Of a DNA stretch of 64,000 bases, positions 12,910-23,624 are shown piece by piece. Source of the DNA: Candidatus Wolfebacteria bacterium GW2011_GWB1_47_1 (GTDB lineage Bacteria > Patescibacteriota > Minisyncoccia > UBA6257 > UBA9933); the NCBI GenBank assembly GCA_001029635.1, contig CP011209.1, forward strand, positions 811,969-875,968. The letters are read 5' to 3'. Below the pieces are notes generated by a model. The model saw only the letters and a program-made list of their open reading frames with translations, did no database searches and was not told the origin of the DNA. A program made the translations under genes and the position numbers. How positions within the stretch are numbered: position 1 is the stretch's first letter; each line of letters opens with the position of its first letter.

Positions 12910-13938
12910 TTATATTGCATTTTTCTTACCTCTCATCTCTTTTTTCTTGTCCTCACCCCGCAACATCGCCACGGCATCGTCCGGATCTACAACATTAACT
13001 TCCACCCCCGTTCCCAATTCAAATCCTGCCGCAATACTTGTCTTCGGCTGGATCTCGATATGCCAATGGTAGTGGCCGTACTTTTCCTTATCCCGGATCG
13101 GAGCCGTATGGATAAAGAAATTGTAATCCGGATCGTGCAACTGCACTTCCAAAAGGAGAAGCGCCTTTTGTAATGCATCCACTATGTATTTCATCGTTCG
13201 TTCATCCGTATCCTCGAAATAGGGTAAGTGCTTCTTTGGGAAGACTCTCAATTCAAATGGCTCTCGTGACACAAATGGCGCAAACACGATCGCCTCCTTA
13301 TTCTCGTAGATCACCCGCAGTTTTTTCTTCTTTTCAAACCCAATCATCGTGCAATGTACGCAAGTGCCATGCTTTTCAAAATAACCAGCAGAACCGCGCA
13401 GCGACCGGAATACGTCAGGCGGAATGATCGGTAATGATAATATCTGAAAATGCGGGTGATAGATCGATGCTCCTGCGGATGCTCCCCAGTTGTGGAATAT
13501 GGATACATACTTCACACATGCGTCATGCATCATTGCCACATACCGCTCCTTAAATGCTTTAAACACTATATCCGCCATAAAGTCGCTCAAGTGTGCGAAA
13601 TTCGTATTGTGGTCGCGGGTAATGACGATATCGTGGTGTCCCACCCCCTCCATAACCTGATAGGGACCCTTTTCGGACTTTGCAGCGCATAGCTCGCGAT
13701 GCGCAAGCACGGGGAACTTATTAGGAATCACTTGCAGGGTCCACGTTTTTTCATCAGTATACAATAACACCGGCTCATCGTTTCCGTTCTTTTGCGGATC
13801 TTCAAATGGACATTTACTCTTTGAAATTCGTTTTCGTTTTGTCTTTGAAAAAAATTGCTCTGGGCGTGCGGCACGCTTGGGGGCAACGACCACCCAGTCG
13901 CCGGATACCATATCTTGTCGGAATTCGGAATTCTGCAT
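12910..13938 (-). CDS. galT: Galactose-1-phosphate uridylyltransferase
   Basis: RAARP, CPF, VIPNKFP, GASIYHPHFQ, HWHIEI. Confidence 0.9.
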   Translation of the reverse strand: MQNSEFRQDMVSGDWVVVAPKRAARPEQFFSKTKRKRISKSKCPFEDPQKNGNDEPVLLYTDEKTWTLQVIPNKFPVLAHRELCAAKSEKGPYQVMEGVGHHDIVITRDHNTNFAHLSDFMADIVFKAFKERYVAMMHDACVKYVSIFHNWGASAGASIYHPHFQILSLPIIPPDVFRSLRGSAGYFEKHGTCVHCTMIGFEKKKKLRVIYENKEAIVFAPFVSREPFELRVFPKKHLPYFEDTDERTMKYIVDALQKALLLLEVQLHDPDYNFFIHTAPIRDKEKYGHYHWHIEIQPKTSIAAGFELGTGVEVNVVDPDDAVAMLRGEDKKKEMRGKKNAI

Positions 13939-14008
13939 GCAAAATGAAAAACGGAATATGAAATATGGGAAGAGATTTTAGCGCACCCTTTTCCCTATTC
14001 CATTTTTC

Positions 14009-15883
14009 CTATTTCGATATTCTGTTTTCATAATACCATCTAAACACATCGTATGCCACCGGGACGGAATTACTTCCTCCCTCGCGCGCATCTTCGATTA
14101 ATACCAAAATTACGATCTTCTTTTCTTCTCCCACTGGACCGTATCCGGTAAAGAACGCGTTCGTTTTCTGCTTCATCGAAACCTGCGCGGACCCCGTCTT
14201 TCCCGCGACAACGAATGGCAGATTTTTTAATAGCTTCGCCGTACCATACTCCTTTTGCGTCGTTTCGATCATTCCTTTTTCCACCTCATTCATCGAACCC
14301 GCCAATTGTGAAATGTCGCGTAATATTTCCGGTTGCTGTTCCTTGATCGTCTCTCCTTTCTCATTTACCAACTTCTTCATAATGAAGGGTCTATACATCT
14401 TTCCTTTTGTCGAAATGGATGCAATGTAGTTTATCAGCTCGATCGGCGTTGTCGTCAGATCTCCCTGTCCGATACTTACGTTATAGGTATCACCGATGCG
14501 CCACGGCAATTTAGTTCGCTCTTCCTTTTCTTCGATACTCGGCAAAAATCCAACCTTTTCTCCCGGCATATCAATTCCCGTCTTTTCATCCAATCCGAAT
14601 GTATGCCAATACGAACGCAATCGTTCAATACCAAGCCCCTTGATATCCTCAAATCCCCCTCCGGTCGCATAAAAATAGATATTACTCGATCGCGCAAGCG
14701 CAGAATATACATTCACCCATCCGTGCGCCTTCCAATCAACAAACCGCGATGGTTGATCCGGATGATACGGATTGGGAATCTCGATATACCCCTTCGAATA
14801 GACGCTTTTATTCGTATCCACCACACCTTCATGCAATGCGGCGGTCGCAACCAACGGCTTAATGGTCGATGCGGGGTTATACAACCCCGAAACGACACGA
14901 TTAAACAACGGCCTATTGGGATTAACCAGATCTTCGCGCGTTATCTCATTATTATCAAATGTCGGCAAACTTACCATTGCCAATATCTCCCCCGTATCGG
15001 GATCCATGGCAATGCCCGCCCCCGCCGTCCGCCCCATATTTTCCAGCTGTTCCTTAAGGCGTCCATAAAAATAGGTCTGCAAACCTCCGTCGATTGTCAG
15101 GTACGCATTTCTTCCCCGCTCCGGCGCGATCTCCGTCTGTTGCCCTAAGCTTTCATTCTTTGCATTACGATAGTCTATCGTGGCACCGTTAGTGCCGCGC
15201 AATTCTTCGTCATATTGCAATTCAAGACCTGACTTTCCGATTAGGTCATTGAGCAGCAGATCAGAATCCTTTTCCATATCTTTGTCCGAAACCAGTCCAA
15301 CATATCCCGTAACATGGCTGAACATCCCCGGCTCTTCATATTGTCGCGTAAAATCATTTTCAATCTGGATATCGTCAAATGAGAGGTTTTTTATTATTGC
15401 TACTTGTTCGATACTCAGCTCGCGCGCGATTACGATGGCACTTTGCCGTTCAAGATTCACGTTCGCAAGCCATGACTGCATATCTTCCTTATTAATGGCA
15501 ACGATCTGCGCCAACTGATCCAATTCCTGCCCCTGCACATCAGCCGGCTTCTTCAAAAAATCCGAAAGATTCAGCACGACACGAAATGTTGCAATATTTC
15601 TTACGAGTGGCGTATCATTGCGATCAAAAAAGATCCCCCGCTCTGCGGGCCGAACGGTAACATCACTTACATTCGCGACCGCCCTATTTTTATAAAACGT
15701 CCCCGCATTGACGCCCAAGAAAAAAACCTTTCCGGATACTATCGCAACCACGATCGCAGCCATTGCTATTACTAGCGTAAATGTCCCTTTTGAGAGCGGT
15801 ATTTCCATGCAATCCAAACTAGACGTCATGTCGTCAAGCACCGATTCTTCCAAAAAAAGCTCCGAATCCTTTTGTCGCCACAT
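14009..15883 (-). CDS. mrdA: Penicillin-binding protein 2
   Basis: RGIFFDRN, STIK (SxxK), SSN (SxN), KTGSAQ. Confidence 0.88.
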   Translation of the reverse strand: MWRQKDSELFLEESVLDDMTSSLDCMEIPLSKGTFTLVIAMAAIVVAIVSGKVFFLGVNAGTFYKNRAVANVSDVTVRPAERGIFFDRNDTPLVRNIATFRVVLNLSDFLKKPADVQGQELDQLAQIVAINKEDMQSWLANVNLERQSAIVIARELSIEQVAIIKNLSFDDIQIENDFTRQYEEPGMFSHVTGYVGLVSDKDMEKDSDLLLNDLIGKSGLELQYDEELRGTNGATIDYRNAKNESLGQQTEIAPERGRNAYLTIDGGLQTYFYGRLKEQLENMGRTAGAGIAMDPDTGEILAMVSLPTFDNNEITREDLVNPNRPLFNRVVSGLYNPASTIKPLVATAALHEGVVDTNKSVYSKGYIEIPNPYHPDQPSRFVDWKAHGWVNVYSALARSSNIYFYATGGGFEDIKGLGIERLRSYWHTFGLDEKTGIDMPGEKVGFLPSIEEKEERTKLPWRIGDTYNVSIGQGDLTTTPIELINYIASISTKGKMYRPFIMKKLVNEKGETIKEQQPEILRDISQLAGSMNEVEKGMIETTQKEYGTAKLLKNLPFVVAGKTGSAQVSMKQKTNAFFTGYGPVGEEKKIVILVLIEDAREGGSNSVPVAYDVFRWYYENRISK

Positions 15884-16011
15884 ATATTGGCTATAATATA
15901 CGAGAATTGTGGGGAAATCAAAAGGTTATTTTTATCCTCCCCATATCTCACTCCCCGCAGATGCGGGATTTATCTTCTCCCTACTTTTTTAGTAGAAGTA
16001 GGGCAAAAAGC

Positions 16012-16147
16012 GCGAGCAAACTAAAAATAGGACTAGGCTCAAAAATCTCTGACAAAATTAAAAATCACCCGTTTAGCAACAGGACCCAGATTTTTAATTT
16101 TTATGGAGATTTTCTTCGCCCACTTAACCCTATTTTTTACAGCTCGC
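16012..16147 (+). repeat. 136-bp long-hairpin repeat, copy 3
   Basis: GCGAGC...GGACCCAGATTTTT...GCTCGC. Confidence 0.85.
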
Positions 16148-16192
16148 AAATGGAATACAAAAAGAGGCGCGATGCGCCTCTTTCGCATTTTC

Positions 16193-17512
16193 TCACTCTT
16201 CACTGAATGACATTTCTTGTGGCGGAATGAGCGTCGGATCAGTCGGTATTGTGATATGAAACACACTTCCCCGATTCAGCTGCGACTCTGCCCAGATGTC
16301 TCCCCCGTGGCGCCGCACAATGTTTTTTGTGATATACAAGCCCAACCCAGTTCCATCGGCAACGGTCTTTTGTGCGTTATCCGCGCGGAAGAACTTCGTG
16401 AATAACCGCTGCATTTCCTCTGCCGGAATCCCGATTCCCGTATCCCTTATACTCATTTCCACATATGGTTTTTCTACCTGCTGTTCGATCTCGACAGTCA
16501 CCTCTCCGTTTTCGATATTATATTTAATCGCGTTCGATACCAGATTCGACAGCACAATACCAAGCTTTTGTGGATCTATGGATACGGGAATCGGGTTTGC
16601 CGATTTTTTCAAATACAATTTAATTCCCATTTCCTGCGCATACGGCATAATCTCACTTAATACCTGTTCCGCAAACACATTAATATCCATATCCTGGAAT
16701 TTGTACCCATAGCGGCCCTCCTCAATCTGCGACACATCGAGTAGGTCATTCACTGTCTTTAATATATTGCTCGCGGCCATAACCCCCATATCAACCATCT
16801 CCTTCTGACTCTCCGGCATCGTTTCCTTTGCTAGTGACTCGAATATCCAATTAATGGAAGTCAGCGGAGTGCGCAATTGGTGCGCTGCAACTTCGATAAA
16901 TTCGCTCTTTGACTTGAGCATCGACACCTCTCTGGTTCGGTTATGAATAATTTTCACAAATCCCAGTAGTACGCCATTGGGGTCGACGATCCGGTCTGTC
17001 GTAATTCGTAACTCCGTCGTTGGGTTTGTGAACGACATATCAACCACCTGCGGGTATGCGCCCCCCTCGGAACGGCGCACGACTGATGGCGCTATCGACG
17101 GGTACAATATCTGTGTTAGTACGGTAAATTTCGCATCCTTCGCGTACTCAGGAGTCATCATCTTACCAATCACATCCGCAGCCACAACGCCCGTCACTTG
17201 CTCGGCTGCCTTGTTTATCATCACAATCCGAAAATTCTGATCGTACGCGATCAATCCATCAAGCAGATTTGCCATAATACTCCCTAGCTCATTGCGCTCT
17301 ATCTTGATCTCTCCGTTGAGCCGCGCAATGCGGACACCATTCAGCAAGATAATAGACCCCATTACGATAAAGATACCTGCACTGATTACAATCCAGATCG
17401 GCTCCAAATAAAACGAGTTAATACCCAATACTACGATTGCAAGCGGCAAAAAATACCAGAAAGGACGCATTTCCGGCATTTTTAAATATGATGTTTTCAT
17501 TCCGCTTACCAT
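16193..17512 (-). CDS. PAS-domain sensor histidine kinase
   Basis: 2 TM, PAS, AAHQLRTP H-box, NAIKY, DTGIGI, GTGLGL. Confidence 0.93.
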   Translation of the reverse strand: MVSGMKTSYLKMPEMRPFWYFLPLAIVVLGINSFYLEPIWIVISAGIFIVMGSIILLNGVRIARLNGEIKIERNELGSIMANLLDGLIAYDQNFRIVMINKAAEQVTGVVAADVIGKMMTPEYAKDAKFTVLTQILYPSIAPSVVRRSEGGAYPQVVDMSFTNPTTELRITTDRIVDPNGVLLGFVKIIHNRTREVSMLKSKSEFIEVAAHQLRTPLTSINWIFESLAKETMPESQKEMVDMGVMAASNILKTVNDLLDVSQIEEGRYGYKFQDMDINVFAEQVLSEIMPYAQEMGIKLYLKKSANPIPVSIDPQKLGIVLSNLVSNAIKYNIENGEVTVEIEQQVEKPYVEMSIRDTGIGIPAEEMQRLFTKFFRADNAQKTVADGTGLGLYITKNIVRRHGGDIWAESQLNRGSVFHITIPTDPTLIPPQEMSFSEE

Positions 17513-18621
17513 TATTGCAATTGCAGACTGTAGAGTTTTCTATCGTATCGGTTTATAAACAGTATCTTGTCGTCCAATACGGTCAAATCGGTCGCATCGA
17601 TCTTTGGTTCTTCGTCCTCAAATATCGCACGAATGCCATTCGTTGTCAGATCGATCTGATATATTCCATCCTGGAAATATACGCTTCGCTTCAGATATTC
17701 ATCCGGAAGAACCATATGCGTCAATGCTTCCTGATCACGGGGAATAGCACAATACATTTGCGTCGATGTCGCCATAACACACTTATCGGGCAGGGTAATA
17801 AACCGCAAGGACATTGATTCCACTCCCTTATCGTCGATAACCGCCAATTTATGCCCCCTCCCTTCAGTGGTCGTGAACTTCAATGCCCGGTCTCCTAACG
17901 GAGACCACTGTACCATGAGACCACGTCCTGATAAAAACTTTGAGAGCTTCTTCGTCCCCAAATCAATCTTCCATAGGTCAGATACATATTCGGCCGATGG
18001 GGGTTGTGTTAAATAGAGCGATTCTTTTTGTGGCCATTGCAAGTCAAATCCTTTCACGTTTAAACTTATGATCTTCTGAGGAGCTGCTTGTTCATTTTTT
18101 ATATCTTGAACCATAATCTGCGGTACGATAGTTCCTGAGTCATTCCCCGCTATTATCATTGCTATTTTCCCATCCCCCCCCCATGCAACATTATCAACGC
18201 CAATAAAATCCCTAATACGATCAATACTTATTCCGTCATATATTACACCATCCCCATCTTGACCTAATTTCGAAAAAATCCATCTACCTGAAGATGATAC
18301 CTCAATATCAACCCCTTGCAGTCCACTTTCGCTAGTTATCTCTGTTCCGTTGCTTTCTATTTCCACAACTGATCCATTTTCTGCAATATATATAATCTTT
18401 GAAGATGTAGCTACTTCCTGCACCCAATATGTCTTCACTTGTCGAGAACTCATCATTAGCAACTTCTCCACTTTAGGTTCTATCGGAGTAATCCCCCCTC
18501 CTATTATCTCCGGAATTACTTCTATTATCTGCTTCCTATTTTGCCATGCGAAATACGCACCAACACCAAGTGCAACAACCCCTAAAATAATTCCAATTGT
18601 GATAAGCCACTTTTTATTCAT
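17512..18621 (-). CDS. Membrane-anchored hypothetical protein, beta-propeller-like
   Basis: N-terminal TM; repeated beta-rich WSP/W-type units. Confidence 0.65.
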   Translation of the reverse strand: MNKKWLITIGIILGVVALGVGAYFAWQNRKQIIEVIPEIIGGGITPIEPKVEKLLMMSSRQVKTYWVQEVATSSKIIYIAENGSVVEIESNGTEITSESGLQGVDIEVSSSGRWIFSKLGQDGDGVIYDGISIDRIRDFIGVDNVAWGGDGKIAMIIAGNDSGTIVPQIMVQDIKNEQAAPQKIISLNVKGFDLQWPQKESLYLTQPPSAEYVSDLWKIDLGTKKLSKFLSGRGLMVQWSPLGDRALKFTTTEGRGHKLAVIDDKGVESMSLRFITLPDKCVMATSTQMYCAIPRDQEALTHMVLPDEYLKRSVYFQDGIYQIDLTTNGIRAIFEDEEPKIDATDLTVLDDKILFINRYDRKLYSLQLQ

Positions 18622-18635
18622 TGCTCTTAGCCATA

Positions 18636-19643
18636 TTATAATCGTACATGCAGGTGCCCCCCGGTCGTCGTCGTAAATGATTGCGGATTGCTCCCCACTG
18701 AATACTCATTCACCACATTTAACCCCGCCGCTCGCGCAGCATTTATAAAAGCGTTCACTCTCGCTGCGGTTATACTCCCCATCAATCCAATATCGACACA
18801 TGTTCCATTAAAATGGCAACTCGACATATGATCCACCGTTGGTGGATACCCTTCAGTCATGCGCCATTGCAACCCAGCAGCTGTTGCTTTTGTCTGTAGC
18901 ACATTCAGGGCCGCTATCAAATTTCTATTAGTCTGGCACCCTGCCCCAAAACAGGCTCCTTGCTTTACAATAAACGTCCCTCCTCCTCCGAAACTAGGCG
19001 AAGCGCAATCTACGCATGACTGAAGTTTTGCCGCCAACTCGGGCTTCGCTCCTCCGTATAAATTCACCGCGCCTTGTATTGTCTGTGCCGCTGTTATCGC
19101 TGTCGACGTCGCACCTTCATCGGTCATCGATATACCTATCTCCGTAAACTGCCTTGGCGTTATCTTTTCCTTCGGTTGCAATGCACTTTGGATGCGTGAG
19201 ATGTTGATAATATTCGGGTTGATCGTATTAAAGATTACCTGAGCCCCAAACAATAGCACAATCCCTTTGAGCGCATTTTTTATATACTCATTGCTTTGTT
19301 TTATTTTACCAATATCGGCGGAAACAGTACGCAACACTCCTCCGTAGATAATCACCCCTACTGCCACAATCCCCACCAGCCCCATGAGGTACTTGTAGAT
19401 CAAAAAAACAAGGTCTGCAGGACCCATTGCCCCCTGTACGATCGGGGGTAGATACCTTGGCGTATATAATTCACCTCCGGTCTGCCCCGGGTTTGCGGCT
19501 GCTGTCGATTGCGCATTCACCAACTCCGGAACAAACAATACGCCGACACATACTAACGCAAAACAAATAACTACTTCTATTACTGCAGCCTGTGATCGAC
19601 GTACCATATGATTCATTATATCGAAAAATGTCTTGATTGTCAT
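18636..19643 (-). CDS. T4SS-type pilin domain fused to a putative M15/Hedgehog-like Zn peptidase domain
   Basis: Pilin-like hydrophobic hairpin (VGIVAVGVIIYGG...IKNALKGIVLL...NTINP); C-terminal SSCHFNGTCVD and GHLHV. Confidence 0.65.
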   Translation of the reverse strand: MTIKTFFDIMNHMVRRSQAAVIEVVICFALVCVGVLFVPELVNAQSTAAANPGQTGGELYTPRYLPPIVQGAMGPADLVFLIYKYLMGLVGIVAVGVIIYGGVLRTVSADIGKIKQSNEYIKNALKGIVLLFGAQVIFNTINPNIINISRIQSALQPKEKITPRQFTEIGISMTDEGATSTAITAAQTIQGAVNLYGGAKPELAAKLQSCVDCASPSFGGGGTFIVKQGACFGAGCQTNRNLIAALNVLQTKATAAGLQWRMTEGYPPTVDHMSSCHFNGTCVDIGLMGSITAARVNAFINAARAAGLNVVNEYSVGSNPQSFTTTTGGHLHVRL

Positions 19644-19666
19644 GCACTTATTGTGACCTTCCTCAT

Positions 19667-20374
19667 TTACGGCATCTCCACAAAAACCTTGTTTCTGACG
19701 TTTTCAATCGCCTTACGCTGATTAATGATGATCGCTTCTATCGTCGATCTCGATCCAGGCGGAATGTCGCTCCCTACAGTGAATAGCAATGCTGCCTCAT
19801 CCGCCTTCTTCGTATCAAGTGCCTTCCCGTCGATAGTCCACTGGAGATTCAGTGTGCGCACATCCGTCGTATTAAAAAAGAATGGCCATGCATACATTGC
19901 GTTCTCGCCCCGCTCGATGCCCTTTTTAAAATAGGGCACATCAATGACCACTTCCGGCTTTCGTATCGGAATATCGAATGTCTTTTCATACAGCTTCCCG
20001 TTGTAGCTGGGGATCGTTATCTTTATCGATGAGACTCCTCCGCCATACTTCTTATTCACGATAATAACCCTCTTTATTCCCAATCCATTTAGCTCGTTCT
20101 TTACCAGCTTACCGTCCACATACCATCTAACCCCGGTTTGAGACAAATCCGCTATCTTCCCATCTTCGATAAGTTCAAAAGTGATTGTTATCGCGCTTTC
20201 ATGCGTCGGGAATGCGCGACCTTCATACCACGCAGGTACATACGTACGCGTCTGCCAGTTTGTCATGAACTCGGTTTCCGCATGCGCATGCGCAACTCCA
20301 CCCAATAGCACCACCATAGCTCCAACGACACCATACCAATATTTTTTTATATTCCGACGGGTTTTTTTCATCAT
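19667..20374 (-). CDS. Secreted hypothetical protein (Ig-like beta domains)
   Basis: Signal peptide ending AHA; RWYVDG/QWTIDG repeats. Confidence 0.65.
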   Translation of the reverse strand: MMKKTRRNIKKYWYGVVGAMVVLLGGVAHAHAETEFMTNWQTRTYVPAWYEGRAFPTHESAITITFELIEDGKIADLSQTGVRWYVDGKLVKNELNGLGIKRVIIVNKKYGGGVSSIKITIPSYNGKLYEKTFDIPIRKPEVVIDVPYFKKGIERGENAMYAWPFFFNTTDVRTLNLQWTIDGKALDTKKADEAALLFTVGSDIPPGSRSTIEAIIINQRKAIENVRNKVFVEMP

Positions 20375-20397
20375 GCTTTTATAGTTAGATGCATTTC

Positions 20398-21012
20398 TTA
20401 TTCTCCCATTGCTATTTTACGACGTAGCTCTGCTGCTCGAATCTCATTCGACTCTCTTCTTTCGGCCATACGATCACCCACTCCACTTACCCTGCGCTGC
20501 GTAGGCATCTCCATACGCTGTCCAACCGCCGATGCATTTACCGTTACCACTTCCCTTCTTGCCGTTTCTGCGGTCGTTGCCGCTGTCTGAGCGCTTGCCG
20601 CAACGGTCGCGTTTCGCGCCGTAGCAGTTACAGCCCCTTTTCCTCTAGTTGCAATGATCTGCCCTGCAGGTCCCACGATCTTCTCGATCTTTTCTGAATT
20701 GTTGATCATCCAAATTCCGATCATTGTTGATATGGTCTTAATGGGCAATATCGTCCCCAGTATGCCATCTAAAACCCCCCCCAATGGTTGCACAATCAAT
20801 CGCTTGATCCCGACACCTCCGCGGAATATCATGTACATTTCCAATAGCGCAACCATTCCAATATTCATTATCTCAACCACCCCTATACCAGCTCCGAGCG
20901 TAACCAACAAAATAGCGACCTCAACAAGTTCTTCGATTCCTACAAGGAGTACGAGGAATATTGTTTCTGCCAGCCCGACTGTTTTTGTCTTTATTTCTTC
21001 GTCCATAGTCAT
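20398..21012 (-). CDS. Hypothetical membrane protein
   Basis: Hydrophobic N-terminal half; inside the T4SS-like cluster. Confidence 0.7.
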   Translation of the reverse strand: MTMDEEIKTKTVGLAETIFLVLLVGIEELVEVAILLVTLGAGIGVVEIMNIGMVALLEMYMIFRGGVGIKRLIVQPLGGVLDGILGTILPIKTISTMIGIWMINNSEKIEKIVGPAGQIIATRGKGAVTATARNATVAASAQTAATTAETARREVVTVNASAVGQRMEMPTQRRVSGVGDRMAERRESNEIRAAELRRKIAMGE

Positions 21013-21027
21013 CGTTCGCTCCAGTCA

Positions 21028-22779
21028 TTACAATTTTCCTTCTTCCGCTATTTCCAATAGTTGCTCCGGATTTGTCGTTATGATCCGGTCCTCGAAATAG
21101 GACGGGATGATCTTGATCGCCACGTGCTTCATCCCCACAAGGAAAATCCCCTCTCCCACTCCCGCCGACAACACAAGACTCTTTTCCGCTTCACTGAGCG
21201 AAAAAGTCTTTGCAAGTGTTTCAATGCTCGATGGAGCCTGCTTCAATAGCAGCTGCAGCGACGAGTTCGATACAATCGGTACACCAAACGGCGAGTTCAT
21301 AAAGTCATCCACGTTCTGCGTAATCGTGGTCATTCCCAAGTAATATTTACGACATCGTTTTGCGAGTGCAAACAAGAACGACGCACTGTCTGCGTGCTTC
21401 ATCAAGACCCAAGCCTCATCGATGATCAGGATGCGCTTTTTCATCTCTGCGCGGATCAAATTCCAAATATAGCTCAGCATCATGTACATTGCGATTGGCC
21501 GTAACTCCTCTTCAAGATCGCGTGTCGAAAAGATCACCAACCGATTGTTGACATCCACATTCGTTGCCCGATTGGCAAACCCCGCATAAGTACCTTGGGT
21601 AAATTTGTACAGCTTCGCCGCCATACTCTTCCCTCCTTCCATGTTTTCCAAGACTGTCTGCAAATCGCTCAGTAATGGCGCTTCCAATGTCGAGAAATCC
21701 TTAATGTCACTCGTGATACCGCGCGATGCGTATGTTTCATTGATTGCTCGATCCAGCAGCGCATCTTCTTCCGGTGTGATCGCCCCCATCATCAGCTTGA
21801 GTAGGCCAACGATGTTCAAAATATGCGACTTGTACACATCGGCAGGGTCTTCTCCTTGCGGTACGACAGGGATATCCAACGGATTGATTGCCGTATCGGA
21901 TGTCAGCGATATCTTCAACAAGCTTCCTCCAACCGCATCGGCCAACTTTTGGTACTCGTTTTCCGGATCGATGACGATGACGTCAATGCCCATCATTAAC
22001 GAACGCAAAATTTCCAATTTTGTACCATACGATTTACCGGCACCGGATTTTGCGAATACCACCTGGTTCGCGTTTTCCAATGAGAATCGGTCAAAAATAA
22101 TCAACGAATTGTTATGCTGATTAATACCGTACAATACACCCTTATCTGACGTGAGGTCTTCCGATACGAATGGAAAAAATGACGAGATCGGACTCGTATT
22201 CAATGCAGTGTGGATCTGCAATTTGTCCTGCGCAATTGGTAATGTCGAAATAAATCCTTCAATATGTTGAAAGATCGACGGCTTCACATACACCATCTGA
22301 CTATCCAGCATTGACGTGATACGATCTTCCGCCCGCGCAAGCTCATCGACAGAATTCGCGTAGATCGTTATATATACCCCCACATCAAATAACTTCTCTT
22401 CCGCCTGCTGCAATTGATCGCGCAGGGCTTCGATATCCTGATATGCCGTTTCCAATGCCGGGTCTCGGACCAATCCTTTTTCATCACGCTCCGAAAGCTG
22501 CGCCTCTACCTGAGTCACTTTTCTTCGCAACTTCGATAGCGCCGCCGATGTATCGATCGGATGCACAAAAATGGAAATGTCTAGAAGATTTGGCAAATTA
22601 ATGATCACGTCAAACCACCCGGTCGACAGATATCGCGGATAGGTGAACACGAAAATCGTCTTTGCGTACGTATCTCCGAGTCTTATGTAATTAGGATTTG
22701 CTTCAAGCGCAGCAGGAGCGATGACATTCTTTACGTCGTCCCCCTCCTCATATGCCTGCGGTACGGTTATTTTTTCCAT
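21028..22779 (-). CDS. VirB4/TraC-like ATPase (start at MEKITVPQ; ORF-track extension is repeat-derived)
   Basis: Walker A AKSGAGKS, IDPENEY, IIDEAW, RKY, TQ. Confidence 0.9.
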   Translation of the reverse strand: MEKITVPQAYEEGDDVKNVIAPAALEANPNYIRLGDTYAKTIFVFTYPRYLSTGWFDVIINLPNLLDISIFVHPIDTSAALSKLRRKVTQVEAQLSERDEKGLVRDPALETAYQDIEALRDQLQQAEEKLFDVGVYITIYANSVDELARAEDRITSMLDSQMVYVKPSIFQHIEGFISTLPIAQDKLQIHTALNTSPISSFFPFVSEDLTSDKGVLYGINQHNNSLIIFDRFSLENANQVVFAKSGAGKSYGTKLEILRSLMMGIDVIVIDPENEYQKLADAVGGSLLKISLTSDTAINPLDIPVVPQGEDPADVYKSHILNIVGLLKLMMGAITPEEDALLDRAINETYASRGITSDIKDFSTLEAPLLSDLQTVLENMEGGKSMAAKLYKFTQGTYAGFANRATNVDVNNRLVIFSTRDLEEELRPIAMYMMLSYIWNLIRAEMKKRILIIDEAWVLMKHADSASFLFALAKRCRKYYLGMTTITQNVDDFMNSPFGVPIVSNSSLQLLLKQAPSSIETLAKTFSLSEAEKSLVLSAGVGEGIFLVGMKHVAIKIIPSYFEDRIITTNPEQLLEIAEEGKL

Positions 22780-22794
22780 TTTTGTAGTTAGTGT

Positions 22795-22869
22795 TGTCAT
22801 TCCGTGCTTGACACGGAATCTTATTATTAGCCTTCCGATACGAGATTCTGAAACAAGTTCAGGATGACA
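22795..22869. repeat. Inverted pair of TGTCAT(T/C)C...G(G/A)ATC REP-like palindromes
   Basis: TGTCATTCCGTGCTTGACACGGAATCT and AGATTCTGAAACAAGTTCAGGATGACA. Confidence 0.75.
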
Positions 22870-22875
22870 CACTTA

Positions 22876-23526
22876 TTATTTCTGTTTCGCGATTCCTATT
22901 CCCTTCTTCTCGGTTGCCGCAGGATTATATAAATTATAAAATAGTTCGATCAGCTCGGCATCATTTAATGTGACTGCGCGCAATCCGATTCCTGAAAGTC
23001 CCGTCGCAACGTGGTCGGCGCGCTGATTCAACTGTTCTATCTGTTCATTTAATGTCTTTTCGTCCTCCGTTTTCGTATCCTTTTTCTTTCCAAAAAATGG
23101 AATGCCGCTCATTATTCCTCCCGATGTCGGTAATCCAGCAGTGTCGTACGAAACCACAACAAAGAACGACTTGCCCATGATGTCGCTTTGTTCGACGAAT
23201 GACTTGATGAATTCGCCATATTCGGCGATCTGCTCTCGAAGCAATTCATTTTCCTCGTGTTCCTTGCGTTGTTCCAGCCCCTCCAAGTAGCCCTGAATAT
23301 TGAGTCTTCTCGAATGGACAATAATCTGCAGCGAAAAATCGAGTGAGTTTAAAAAGCTCTGGTATGCCTGTAAAATAATATTTTTATCCTCTTCGGATTT
23401 TAACGCAAAATTGATCCCACTTACCAGTAAGATCTTGCGCAATGAACCTCCCTTAAGAATCACCGTTCCCCTCTGTACCCGTTCTACATCTACAAATTGT
23501 TGCGTTGCCTGTGCTTCTACTGCCAT
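22876..23526 (-). CDS. TraC/VirB4 N-terminal-like protein
   Basis: INFALKSEED...FLNSLDFSLQI; ELFYNLYNP; lies between PrgI-like and VirB4 genes. Confidence 0.7.
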   Translation of the reverse strand: MAVEAQATQQFVDVERVQRGTVILKGGSLRKILLVSGINFALKSEEDKNIILQAYQSFLNSLDFSLQIIVHSRRLNIQGYLEGLEQRKEHEENELLREQIAEYGEFIKSFVEQSDIMGKSFFVVVSYDTAGLPTSGGIMSGIPFFGKKKDTKTEDEKTLNEQIEQLNQRADHVATGLSGIGLRAVTLNDAELIELFYNLYNPAATEKKGIGIAKQK

Positions 23527-23624
23527 ATATCACGTATTATACACTAAGATTTGCCCTTTTGCATTCTCCCCATCCTTCTTTCTATCGATTAATTTTGCAA
23601 TTGATCAATCGTCCAATCAACTCT

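Noticed and set aside
22780-22872. N-terminal extension of the VirB4 ORF (also PrgI 24177-24350 and MraZ 57091-57246)
   Set aside because: These read through REP palindromes or regulatory DNA; family-typical starts lie downstream
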